Below, piece after piece: positions 56,230 to 64,000 of a DNA stretch of 64,000 nucleotides. The position numbers were made by a program, and so were the translations under genes. The stretch comes from Thermomicrobiales bacterium (GTDB lineage Bacteria > Chloroflexota > Chloroflexia > Thermomicrobiales > CFX8), in the NCBI GenBank assembly GCA_023954495.1, contig JAMLIA010000002.1, positions 10,742 to 74,741 of the forward strand, read 5' to 3'. The notes under the pieces are model-generated. The model was not told where the DNA came from and made no database searches. It saw nothing but the letters and a program-made list of their open reading frames with translations. Each line of letters starts with the position of its first letter. The stretch's first letter is position 1.

Positions 56230-57924
56230 ATGGTGAGCTCGACGCAATTTGATACGCGTCACAAGAGCCGGGTGATGAATGATGGGCGCGATCGCGCGGC
56301 AGCGCGCGCAATGCTGCACGCAATCGGGTTGTCCGACGACGATCTGCGCAAGCCGATTATCGGCGTCGCCCACTCGTGGATCGGGACGATGCCCTGCAAC
56401 TTCGGTCTGCGGCGTCTCGCCCAGCAAGTGATGGCCGGTATCCGCGCAGCCGGTGGAACGCCGATGGAAGTCAACACGGTCGCCATTTCCGACGGCGTGA
56501 CGATGGGTACTGAGGGCATGAAGGCGTCGCTCGTGTCGCGCGAAGTGATCGCCGACTCGATCGAGCTTGTCGCTCGCGGCCACATGTTCGATGCGATCGT
56601 CATTCTGGCGGCTTGCGACAAGACGCTGCCGGCGTCAGCGATGGCGCTGATCCGACTCGATATCCCCGGCTTCGTGCTATACGGCGGGTCGATCTACCCG
56701 GGCCGGTTCCAGAATCGCGATGTGACCATTGTCGATGTCTTCGAAGGCGTCGGGGCGAATGCCGCCGGTCGGATGACCGACGAAGAATTGAACGTGCTGG
56801 AGCACGCTGCCTGCCCCGGAGCAGGCGCTTGCGGCGGGCAGTTCACGGCCAACACGATGGCCGGCGCGCTCGAAACGCTGGGGCTGTCGCCGGTTGGGAT
56901 GGCAAGCGTGCCACAGGAGGATCCGAAGAAGGAAAAGATCGGGTTCAAGGCCGGCGAGCTGGTTATGGAGCAATTGGAGCGCGGCCTGCTCCCCAGCCAG
57001 ATCCTGACGCGCACTGCCTTCGAGAACATGATCTCGGCAGCTTGCGCGACCGGCGGCTCGACGAACATCGTGCTGCATTCGCTGGCGATGGCACGCGAGG
57101 CCGGCATTGATCTGACCATTGATGACTTCAACGCGATCTCGCAGCGCACGCCGGTGATCGCTGACCTGATGCCGGGCGGCAAGTACACGGCGGTTGATGT
57201 CTACAACGCAGGTGGCATTGAGCTCATCACCAAGCGTCTGATCGAAGGCGGCGTCGTCGATGGCACCCAGCTCACGCCGACCGGTGCGACGCTGGCCGAA
57301 GCAACGCAGGATGCTGAGCCGACCGAAGGCCAGAAGGTTGTCTACACTGTCGACGAACCCCTCAAGCCTACTGGCGGCCTCGTCATTCTCAAGGGCAACC
57401 TTGCTCCAGAGGGCAGCGTGATCAAGATCGCGGCTGCCGATCGCAACTACCAGCGTGGCCCGGCTCGTGTCTTTGAGCGCGAGGAAGATGCCATGCACGC
57501 AGTCACCGAGGGCGAGATCAAGCCCGGCGACATCATCGTCATCCGCTACGAGGGGCCGCGAGGTGGTCCGGGCATGCGCGAGATGCTGGGCGTGACCGGC
57601 GCGCTGGTCGGTGCCGGTCTCGGCGACTCGGTTGGGTTGCTGACGGACGGACGCTTCTCAGGTGGCACGCGCGGATTCTGCATCGGCCACGTCGCCCCGG
57701 AGGCTGCGGTTGGCGGACCGATTGCAGCAGTCCGCGATGGCGACATTGTTGTGATCGACATTGCCAACACCTCGCTGTCGGTCGAGCTCACCGACGAGGA
57801 AATCGCCGAACGGATGAGCGACTGGACGCGCCCGAAGCCATCCTACGAAAGCGGTGTCTTCGCCAAGTATGCCGCGCTGGTCTCCAGCGCCGCCGAAGGC
57901 GCGGTGACGCGGCCGACCTGGTAG
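56230..57924 (+). CDS. ilvD: Dihydroxy-acid dehydratase
   Basis: Contains KPIIGVAHSW, ISDGVTMGTEGMKASL, ACDKTLPA, CPGAGACGGQFTANTM and LLTDGRFSGGT. Confidence 0.95.
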   Translation: MVSSTQFDTRHKSRVMNDGRDRAAARAMLHAIGLSDDDLRKPIIGVAHSWIGTMPCNFGLRRLAQQVMAGIRAAGGTPMEVNTVAISDGVTMGTEGMKASLVSREVIADSIELVARGHMFDAIVILAACDKTLPASAMALIRLDIPGFVLYGGSIYPGRFQNRDVTIVDVFEGVGANAAGRMTDEELNVLEHAACPGAGACGGQFTANTMAGALETLGLSPVGMASVPQEDPKKEKIGFKAGELVMEQLERGLLPSQILTRTAFENMISAACATGGSTNIVLHSLAMAREAGIDLTIDDFNAISQRTPVIADLMPGGKYTAVDVYNAGGIELITKRLIEGGVVDGTQLTPTGATLAEATQDAEPTEGQKVVYTVDEPLKPTGGLVILKGNLAPEGSVIKIAAADRNYQRGPARVFEREEDAMHAVTEGEIKPGDIIVIRYEGPRGGPGMREMLGVTGALVGAGLGDSVGLLTDGRFSGGTRGFCIGHVAPEAAVGGPIAAVRDGDIVVIDIANTSLSVELTDEEIAERMSDWTRPKPSYESGVFAKYAALVSSAAEGAVTRPTW

Positions 57925-57938
57925 CGACTTCAATGCAC

Positions 57939-57970
57939 GCGATCCGGTCTGGTTGGCCTGGCCGGATCGC
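57939..57970 (+). terminator. Terminator-like hairpin after ilvD
   Basis: GCGATCCGG ... CCGGATCGC forms a 9-bp stem, 15 nt after the stop. It has no U-tract. Confidence 0.45.
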
Positions 57971-58015
57971 AACTACGCGGGGATCTGACTGGGGGCGGGC
58001 ATTTCATCACAGGGT

Positions 58016-59212
58016 GTGACGGCAGACGTAGACGATACAGCTGGCGAGGCGACCGAGGCTCAGGTCGATGGCTATGACGCTCGGGGCGTCGGTGTCTGCT
58101 CGTTCGCCCACTTCTCGCACGACATGTACACGTCGTTTATTGGACCGCTCATCCCGGCGATCCGTGACCAGCTCGGCATCCCGCTCTTCCTCGTCAGCCT
58201 GATGATTCCTGCGCAGCAGATGCCGAGCGTCTTCCAGCCGTTGATTGGCTACGTCGCCGATCGCACCAGTCGACGCTGGTTCGTCGTTCTCGCGCCGGCC
58301 ATCGCGGCGATAGCCATCTCGTCACTGGGCCTGGCTCCCAACATCGCCACCGTGTTGCTGTTGCTGCTGATCTCGGGACTCGCGTCGGCCATGTTCCATG
58401 CCCCGGCTGTCTCGTTGGTTGGCGAGTATGGCGGACAGCGCATGGGCAAGGCCATGTCGATCTTTATGTCAGGTGGGGAACTCTCGCGCACCATCGGTCC
58501 GCTGATCATCACCGGCGCGATCGCGCTGTTCACGTTGCGCGGCTCGTTCGTCGTGGCGATCTTCGGGATCGTCGCCTCGATCCTCCTCTACTTCACGCTC
58601 GACACGACCGGTGCTGAGGCATCTCAACGCGATCTGGAGCAGCCGGGCTTTGGGGCGTTGTTTCGCACGAGACGACGTGCGGTCTCAGCGATCCTCGCAT
58701 TTTCAATTCTCATCGGCATAGTAACGACACCGTTCAACTATTTCCTGGTTGAGTTTCTGATTCAGCGCGGGCATGGCGAGTGGTACGGCGGATTCGCACT
58801 CTCGACGCTCTTTGCTGCTGGCATTGTCGGTGCGCTGGTATTCGGAAGTCTGTCTGACCGAATTGGTCGGCGACCGATCCTGCTCTTGCTGGTTGCCACG
58901 ACCCCACTGTTGATGTCACTGTATCTCTGGCTGGAGAACGGTAGTTGGTTGGTGCTGCTAGTTCTTGCCCTTGCTGGTGCAGCCATGATGGCGCCGAGGA
59001 CGATTATCCTGGCGATGGCAGCTGAAGTTGTGCCCGAAGCGCGCGGGCCGATGGCCGGCATGCTGTTGGCGCTCGGCTTCGTGGCGCAGAGCATCGCGGC
59101 GCTGAGCTTTGGCGCGCTATCCGATGCGGTCGGGATCAGCACCGCCTACTGGGTCGTGCCGTTCGCGACGTTCCTCTGCCTTCCGTGCGTCGCGCTGATG
59201 CCTCGAAACTAG
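58016..59212 (+). CDS. MFS transporter
   Basis: 12-TM profile with a GTG start. The loop GYVADRTSRR matches the MFS motif A pattern. Confidence 0.85.
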   Translation: MTADVDDTAGEATEAQVDGYDARGVGVCSFAHFSHDMYTSFIGPLIPAIRDQLGIPLFLVSLMIPAQQMPSVFQPLIGYVADRTSRRWFVVLAPAIAAIAISSLGLAPNIATVLLLLLISGLASAMFHAPAVSLVGEYGGQRMGKAMSIFMSGGELSRTIGPLIITGAIALFTLRGSFVVAIFGIVASILLYFTLDTTGAEASQRDLEQPGFGALFRTRRRAVSAILAFSILIGIVTTPFNYFLVEFLIQRGHGEWYGGFALSTLFAAGIVGALVFGSLSDRIGRRPILLLLVATTPLLMSLYLWLENGSWLVLLVLALAGAAMMAPRTIILAMAAEVVPEARGPMAGMLLALGFVAQSIAALSFGALSDAVGISTAYWVVPFATFLCLPCVALMPRN

Positions 59213-59219
59213 CAGGGCA

Positions 59220-59831
59220 ATGCAACCCGTCGAGCTGATCGAACTGAAGATGACGCTCGAATTCGGCATCGCCCCGGTTGGCGACATCCTGCCGATCGCT
59301 ACGAACGAGCAGGATGACCAGCCGCGTGTTCTGGTGAGTCACGTCGCAAATCATTTCCGAATGTATCTGCGCGAAGACGTCCCTCAGATGGCTCACGAAC
59401 AGATCCGTTCGCTCGGCGCTGCTCGCTGCTACGACGACGAAGAAGTGGTCCGCGCCATCCTCGCCCACCAGATGCCGATTCAGCATGTTCGACGTATCTG
59501 CTGGTATGTTGCGGCACGCCGCCCTTCGCCGGCAGAGTATGTGGACGTTCGCCGCGTCGACGACCGATACGTCATCATCTGCGATGGCCGCGAAGTCGCC
59601 TGGGCCGAGACAGACTGGGAGAACGGAGAGGCTGCCGAAGTCTCGATCGAGACGCATCCGGACTACCGCCGCCGCGGCTTCGCCCGTCAAGTGACCGCGG
59701 CGTGGATCGCCGCAGCCCTCGATGCCAGCAAGGTCGGTTTCTACAGCCACCGCCTCACCAATGACGCATCACGCGCGGTCGCGAGCAGCCTCGGCCTCGT
59801 ACACCTTTCGGACGAGGTTGAGTACATCTGA
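59220..59831 (+). CDS. GNAT-family N-acetyltransferase-like protein
   Basis: The C-terminal half reads VSIETHPDYRRRGFARQVTAAWIAAAL, matching the R/Q-x-x-G-x-A acetyl-CoA binding motif. Confidence 0.7.
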   Translation: MQPVELIELKMTLEFGIAPVGDILPIATNEQDDQPRVLVSHVANHFRMYLREDVPQMAHEQIRSLGAARCYDDEEVVRAILAHQMPIQHVRRICWYVAARRPSPAEYVDVRRVDDRYVIICDGREVAWAETDWENGEAAEVSIETHPDYRRRGFARQVTAAWIAAALDASKVGFYSHRLTNDASRAVASSLGLVHLSDEVEYI

Positions 59832-59836
59832 CACGA

Positions 59837-61261
59837 TCAGCCCAGCGCCGGACGATGCTGCCGCCACGGGAATGCTTCCTCCCAGGCGGCTGAGGCGCGC
59901 AGAACCGTCGCATCGTCGTGCCAGCGACCAACGAACTGCAGCGCAACTGGCAATCCGTTCGCGGCGAACCCGCAGGGAATCGTCGCAGCCGGCTGACCGG
60001 TGACATTGAACGGGTAGGTGAACGCGGTCCAGCCCAGGTAGGTCGTTGGAACACCGTTGATCTGGCCGGGATGATCGTCGCCCGCGGGGAACGCGGTGAC
60101 CGGCAATTGCGGCGTGACCAGCAGGTCGTAGCGCTCCATGAATTTGCGCATGGCATCTGCCCACGCACCACGCTCGGCCAGGGCTGCATAATGCTCAATC
60201 GCGCTCATCGCCAGCCCGCGTTCGATGATCGGAATTCGACCCGGATCGATCTGGTCGCGGACTTGATCAAAGTTGTCGCGATGAGCGCCGGCCTGCGCGA
60301 CCGACCAGAGCGTGTCGACGATTGGCCACGGATCGGGCAGACCGATTTCGACCTCTTCAATGTCGCAGCCGAGGTCGGCGAGCTTCGCAGCGGCCTGCGC
60401 TGTGATTGCAGCAACCTCAGGATCAACGTTGGCGAATCCCAGGTCTGGCGACCAGCCAACGCGCAGCCCCTTGATGTCGCCCTCACAGGCTGCCAGGTAG
60501 TCTTCGTCGAGCGGCCATGTTCCCGCGTCGCGGGGATCTGCCCCGGCGGTGACGTTCATGAGCAGCGCAGCATCGCGCACAGTCCGCGTGATCGGGCCGA
60601 TATGGGCCAGCTTCTCGACCGAGCTCGGAGGGTAGTACGCCACTCGTGCAAGCGACGGCTTCAGCCCATAGACGCCGCAGAATCCGGCCGGGATTCGGAT
60701 CGAGCCTGCCCCGTCGGTACCGGATGCCAGCGGCCCCAGCCCTGCTCCCACCGCAGTTGCTGCCCCACCGCTCGAACCACCGGGAGTGTGTCCGTGCTTC
60801 CATGGATTGTGCGTTGGGCCGAACACGCGATTGCCCGAGTCGCCCTTCCAGCCCAGCTCAGGCGTGTTGGTCTTACCGAGCATGACCGCACCGGCGGCAT
60901 AGACACGTTCGACGAACGGCGCGTCTTCGTCGGGTACTTCGTCGGCGTACAACAGCGACCCGCGTGTCGTGCGAATGCCTTTGGTGTAGGTGATGTCCTT
61001 GATCGAAATCGGCACGCCAGTCAGCGCGCCGGTCGCATCGCCCTGCATGTAGGTGCGCTCAGCCGCTTGCGCGTCGGCACGGGCGCGATCCGCCGTAACG
61101 GTAACGAACGCATTCAGTGTCGGGTTCACGCGCTCCATCCGCTCGAGGACCGCCTCTGTGACCTCGACAGGTGAGAGTGTTTTCTGTTTGTAGGCGTCCA
61201 TCAACTCGGTCGCCGACATGTAGCAAAGATCGGTTGCGTCCACCCCGTCCTCCTGTCGCAT
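59837..61261 (-). CDS. Amidase-signature family amidase (GatA-like)
   Basis: Contains GVPISIKD, the GGSSGGAATAVGAG signature and the catalytic Ser/Lys context. The start is ATG at 61261 or 61219. Confidence 0.9.
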   Translation of the reverse strand: MRQEDGVDATDLCYMSATELMDAYKQKTLSPVEVTEAVLERMERVNPTLNAFVTVTADRARADAQAAERTYMQGDATGALTGVPISIKDITYTKGIRTTRGSLLYADEVPDEDAPFVERVYAAGAVMLGKTNTPELGWKGDSGNRVFGPTHNPWKHGHTPGGSSGGAATAVGAGLGPLASGTDGAGSIRIPAGFCGVYGLKPSLARVAYYPPSSVEKLAHIGPITRTVRDAALLMNVTAGADPRDAGTWPLDEDYLAACEGDIKGLRVGWSPDLGFANVDPEVAAITAQAAAKLADLGCDIEEVEIGLPDPWPIVDTLWSVAQAGAHRDNFDQVRDQIDPGRIPIIERGLAMSAIEHYAALAERGAWADAMRKFMERYDLLVTPQLPVTAFPAGDDHPGQINGVPTTYLGWTAFTYPFNVTGQPAATIPCGFAANGLPVALQFVGRWHDDATVLRASAAWEEAFPWRQHRPALG

Positions 61262-61399
61262 CGCCGTTTTGGGTACCGTAACACGATTCCGCGCGTGCGA
61301 ATCCAAATGAGCCGTCAGCGCTACATTGCCAGTCTGTGTGGCGCGGCAGCCACCGCAGACGCCCATTGTCTTGAGCGCACACACCAAATCTCTCCTCTG

Positions 61400-61610
61400 T
61401 GCTGGGCCGCATCGAACGGGAGGGAGATCTTTCGCTGCGGCTCAAGATGACAGGACAAAAGGTAGCTGCCGCGCGCGGCACCGCATGCTGGACAGAGGAG
61501 TGAGCGGTCCATCAGTTTCAGCATGTCGAGGCGCCCGATCCGACAGCCATCCTCGTAGCCTGTCATCTTGAGCCGCAGCGAAGATCTCACCGTTCGATAC
61601 ATCCCAACGC
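61400..61610. repeat. A ~210-nt rod-like imperfect palindrome (long hairpin element) of unknown nature
   Basis: Left arm: TGTGCTGGG..ATCGAACGG..GAGATCTT(T)CGCTGCGGCTCAAGATGACAGG (61400-61454). Right arm: CCTGTCATCTTGAGCCGCAGCGAAGATCTC..CCGTTCGAT..CCCAACGCA (61558-61610). The core is a perfect 22-bp stem, and the interior ~100 nt is also partly self-complementary. It is intergenic between two minus-strand genes. Confidence 0.8.
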
Positions 61611-61683
61611 AAACGAGCCTTCGTCCGTGCACACTCGACATGACAGGAGTCACGTGTGATTGCCGAGCCAGCATATCTGGCCA

Positions 61684-62541
61684 TTAAAGGCCGATGACGT
61701 CGCCATCCTGCGCGATCTCAAAGCCACGTTCGCGGACCGTCGCGGCTTCTGCGCTGGCTGGATCGACGAGCGGGTTCGAGTGATTGAGGTGCGTGAATAC
61801 GATACGTGTGCGTCCGGATCTTGCCAGTTCTTCGAAACGATCCAGCGATTCTGTCACGGGCGGATGTGGCACCCCCGGTCGCGTGAACGGCTCCCAGAAT
61901 GTGCCGTCGATGAGCGCTACATCTACCGATCCGAGCGTTTCGGTTGGGTCGAAGTCCCAGTCGTCCCAGCGGTCGATGTCCGGCAAATAGAGGACGCTGC
62001 GCGTCGGGCCGTCGATCCGGTAGGCGACCGTGTCGGTTCGCCACTCGGACCGGTGCGGGACGGGGATTGGAACGACGCTGAGGCCCGACGTGAGATTGTG
62101 CGCTTCGCCGACAGGCAGTGGCGAGAGCGAGATGAAGCCATCCTCCACCATCTGCCGCCACGGCTCGTTGGCTGCGAGGAGCTGAATCGTCAGCGGAGGG
62201 CCATACACGCGCACGAGGTTCGCCGCCATGACAGATTTGTCCAGCTGCCAGAGGCCGACGTAGTGGCCGGTGTGGGCGTGCGTCAGCAGAATTGTCGGGG
62301 GTGGCTGGTAGCGTGCGCCGGGCGTGCTATCCGGCGATGCTGACTGCAGCAGGTGCATCTGTTCACCGACGGCGCTCGTGGCGTCGATCAGGATGGTCTC
62401 GCCGCCGGCACGAATGCCGAGTGATGCCGGAGTGCGGCGGAAGCCCGGTTCGACTCGTGCGCGTTCGCACTGCGCGCATCGACAGCCTGCGTGGGGCAGC
62501 CCGCCATCCTGGGCGGTGCCCAGCACGACAATCTCGCTCAA
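61684..62541 (-). CDS. MBL-fold metallo-hydrolase (PqqB-like)
   Basis: Contains MSEIVVLGTAQDGGLPHAGCRCAQC, ILLTHAHTGHYVGL and a C-terminal FTHLNHSNP. Confidence 0.85.
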   Translation of the reverse strand: MSEIVVLGTAQDGGLPHAGCRCAQCERARVEPGFRRTPASLGIRAGGETILIDATSAVGEQMHLLQSASPDSTPGARYQPPPTILLTHAHTGHYVGLWQLDKSVMAANLVRVYGPPLTIQLLAANEPWRQMVEDGFISLSPLPVGEAHNLTSGLSVVPIPVPHRSEWRTDTVAYRIDGPTRSVLYLPDIDRWDDWDFDPTETLGSVDVALIDGTFWEPFTRPGVPHPPVTESLDRFEELARSGRTRIVFTHLNHSNPLVDPASAEAATVRERGFEIAQDGDVIGL

Positions 62542-62562
62542 TCTGCGCTCCGTTCGCCCAAC

Positions 62563-63366
62563 TCAAAAGCCCGGTTCCGACGACAGCAATCGTTCCGCCA
62601 GATACGTTAGCGCCAGCCCGGCCGGGGCATCAACCCGTAGATCGGCAATGTCGTCCAGGCCGGTTTGACCCTTGTTGAGGATCGCGAGGTAGGCCCCGGA
62701 CTCCTTGGCGATGGCCGGGACGCGCGCGGCGGGATTCACCAGCAGCGTCGATCCGACGACGAGCATCACGCCTGCCTGCTGCGCGACCGTGAATCCGACG
62801 CGCAGCGCATCTTGCGGCACCGGCTCGCCGAACGCGATCGTTCCGGACTTCAGGATGCCGCCGCAATTCGGGCATGGCGGCGGGTCCTGCTGGTCGCCAT
62901 AGGCATCCAGGATTTCGCGCGCCAGATAGCGTTCGCCGCACTTCGTGCAGCGCACCATCCGGCTGCTGCCGTGCAGCTCGATCACTCGCGCCGGATCGGA
63001 GCCGGCCTCCTGCTGGAGTCCGTCAATATTTTGAGTGACGATCGCCAGCATGACGAACGCGCGCTCGATCTGTGTCAGTGCGCGGTGGCCGGCGTTTGGC
63101 TGGCGCGCTTCGACCTCGGCCAGCCGTTCCGGCAGGCGCTTCCACCACTCACGACGCGCGTCCGGACTATTCATGAAGTCGTCGTAGGTGAACGGCTTGG
63201 CATTGCCGGTGGTCCATAGACCCTGCGGTCCACGGTAGTCTGGGATGCCCGACTCTGTCGAGATGCCAGCGCCCGTGAATGCGACGAGCGGCGCGTGGAA
63301 GCGAACGATTTCGGCGAGCTCGCCGAGGCGGTGCGTCTGGTCTGGCGTCAGTTCGGTAGAGATCAA
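62563..63366 (-). CDS. cobB: NAD-dependent protein deacylase (Sir2/CobB family)
   Basis: Contains FTGAGISTESGIPDYRG, TQNIDGL, HG, and the zinc module CTKCG...CPNCGG. I propose the TTG start at 63366 because a GAAGAGGG SD precedes it. The nearest in-frame ATG (63486) would overlap the upstream MFS gene by 64 nt. Confidence 0.85.
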   Translation of the reverse strand: MISTELTPDQTHRLGELAEIVRFHAPLVAFTGAGISTESGIPDYRGPQGLWTTGNAKPFTYDDFMNSPDARREWWKRLPERLAEVEARQPNAGHRALTQIERAFVMLAIVTQNIDGLQQEAGSDPARVIELHGSSRMVRCTKCGERYLAREILDAYGDQQDPPPCPNCGGILKSGTIAFGEPVPQDALRVGFTVAQQAGVMLVVGSTLLVNPAARVPAIAKESGAYLAILNKGQTGLDDIADLRVDAPAGLALTYLAERLLSSEPGF

Positions 63367-63421
63367 CGGTGCGGCCCTCTTCGGTGCGATGCATTGCGAT
63401 ACTTCGAGCCTACGCCATGCG

Positions 63422-64000
63422 TCAATCGGTGGACAGTGGCTCGATTGCTGGCGGGTTGGCTGTTCCAGTCGCTGGTGTGCCGTCATCAGGCAGTCGGCCG
63501 CCGAACGCGATGACGTAGACCGCGACTGACAGGATGCAGAACACGCTGAGTGACAGGTATGCCGGAGTATAGCTGCCCGTCCGCGCGATGATCTGCCCGG
63601 AGATGAACGCCGCAATCGCGTAGCCGATATTCCACGATGCTGAACGCAAGCCGAATGCATGCGCGCGGGCTTGTGGCGGCAGCAGACCACCAGCGTGAGC
63701 CGGACTCCAGCGGCCACGAGACAGCCGGAGATCTTTGCGACCGGCGTAACCGAGTGAGACCAGCCAGGCTGTTGGGAACGGTATCAGCGCAAGGTGAACC
63801 GGAATGAAGAATACGCGCGTCCAGATCTGTGCCGAAACGTAACCGATGCGCGCTGCGAGCGCTGGTCCGGCGACCGACAGAACCGTCGCCGCGAGACCCG
63901 AGAGCGCGAAGATGAGGCCGATGGTCCCGGCCGGTGTCCCCATGTTGGTCAGCAGGACGTTGTAAAACGGCTCGACTGCCCCGACGCCGAGCGCGAGGAA
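63422..64000 (-). CDS. MFS transporter, C-terminal part (5' end outside the window)
   Basis: The frame is open to the window edge and contains hydrophobic TM segments (IGLIFALSGLAATVLSVAG, FFIPVHLALIPF, YLSLSVFCILSVAVYVIAF). Confidence 0.7.
   Translation of the reverse strand, partial: FLALGVGAVEPFYNVLLTNMGTPAGTIGLIFALSGLAATVLSVAGPALAARIGYVSAQIWTRVFFIPVHLALIPFPTAWLVSLGYAGRKDLRLSRGRWSPAHAGGLLPPQARAHAFGLRSASWNIGYAIAAFISGQIIARTGSYTPAYLSLSVFCILSVAVYVIAFGGRLPDDGTPATGTANPPAIEPLSTD

Noticed and set aside
61326-61684. Two ~80-aa ORFs (plus strand 61326-61571, minus strand 61442-61684) inside the palindromic element.
   Set aside because: Their similarity to each other (..FAAAQDDR..) is a by-product of the inverted repeat. 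They show no coding bias or start signals.
1-64000. A search for mobile-element hallmarks (transposase, integrase, reverse transcriptase, tRNA-flanked islands, phage genes), rRNA and tRNA genes.
   Set aside because: I recognised none on either strand. The AT-richer stretches coincide with promoters or leaders of large secreted-protein genes rather than island boundaries.

Overview
This is a high-GC bacterial chromosomal window with dense, mostly unambiguous coding on both strands. I support about 50 protein-coding genes. I found no rRNA, tRNA, CRISPR array, transposase, integrase or phage genes by eye. Gene content (a RibXY-type riboflavin importer, giant beta-helix/cadherin-like surface proteins, LGFP-like anchor repeats) suggests a Chloroflexota/Thermomicrobia-like organism; this is inference only.

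Main content:
- Secreted-protein region (3.3-31 kb): two S8 subtilases, a stand-alone propeptide-like lipoprotein, a 1616-aa protein with seven ~158-aa tandem modules, and a 2410-aa mosaic adhesin.
- Housekeeping genes: msrA, msrB, metG, ilvD, ybaK, a Sir2 deacetylase and an amidase.
- Transporters: ClC channel, three MFS (one partial), an APC-type permease, an ABC-2 system, an ECF module, RibXY and a Gdx/SugE exporter.

Non-coding calls made directly from the sequence:
- An FMN riboswitch with a terminator platform upstream of a ribXY-like pair.
- A guanidine-III (ykkC-III) riboswitch upstream of sugE, but unusually about 130 nt from the start codon.
- Several strong intrinsic-terminator-like hairpins.
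- A ~210-nt rod-like palindrome of unknown nature at 61.4-61.6 kb.

Three genes look recently broken in otherwise clean sequence: vapC (in-frame TGA), an SdpR/ArsR-like regulator (three indels) and an AMP-forming acyl-CoA synthetase (one frameshift).

I did not find a convincing multi-gene system that is clearly new. The items most worth follow-up are the 61.4 kb palindromic element, the displaced guanidine-III switch with a possible coupled leader ORF, TGTACA boxes upstream of three large secreted-protein genes, and the repeat architecture and shared anchor module of the giant surface proteins. All family assignments come from motif recognition without database searches.
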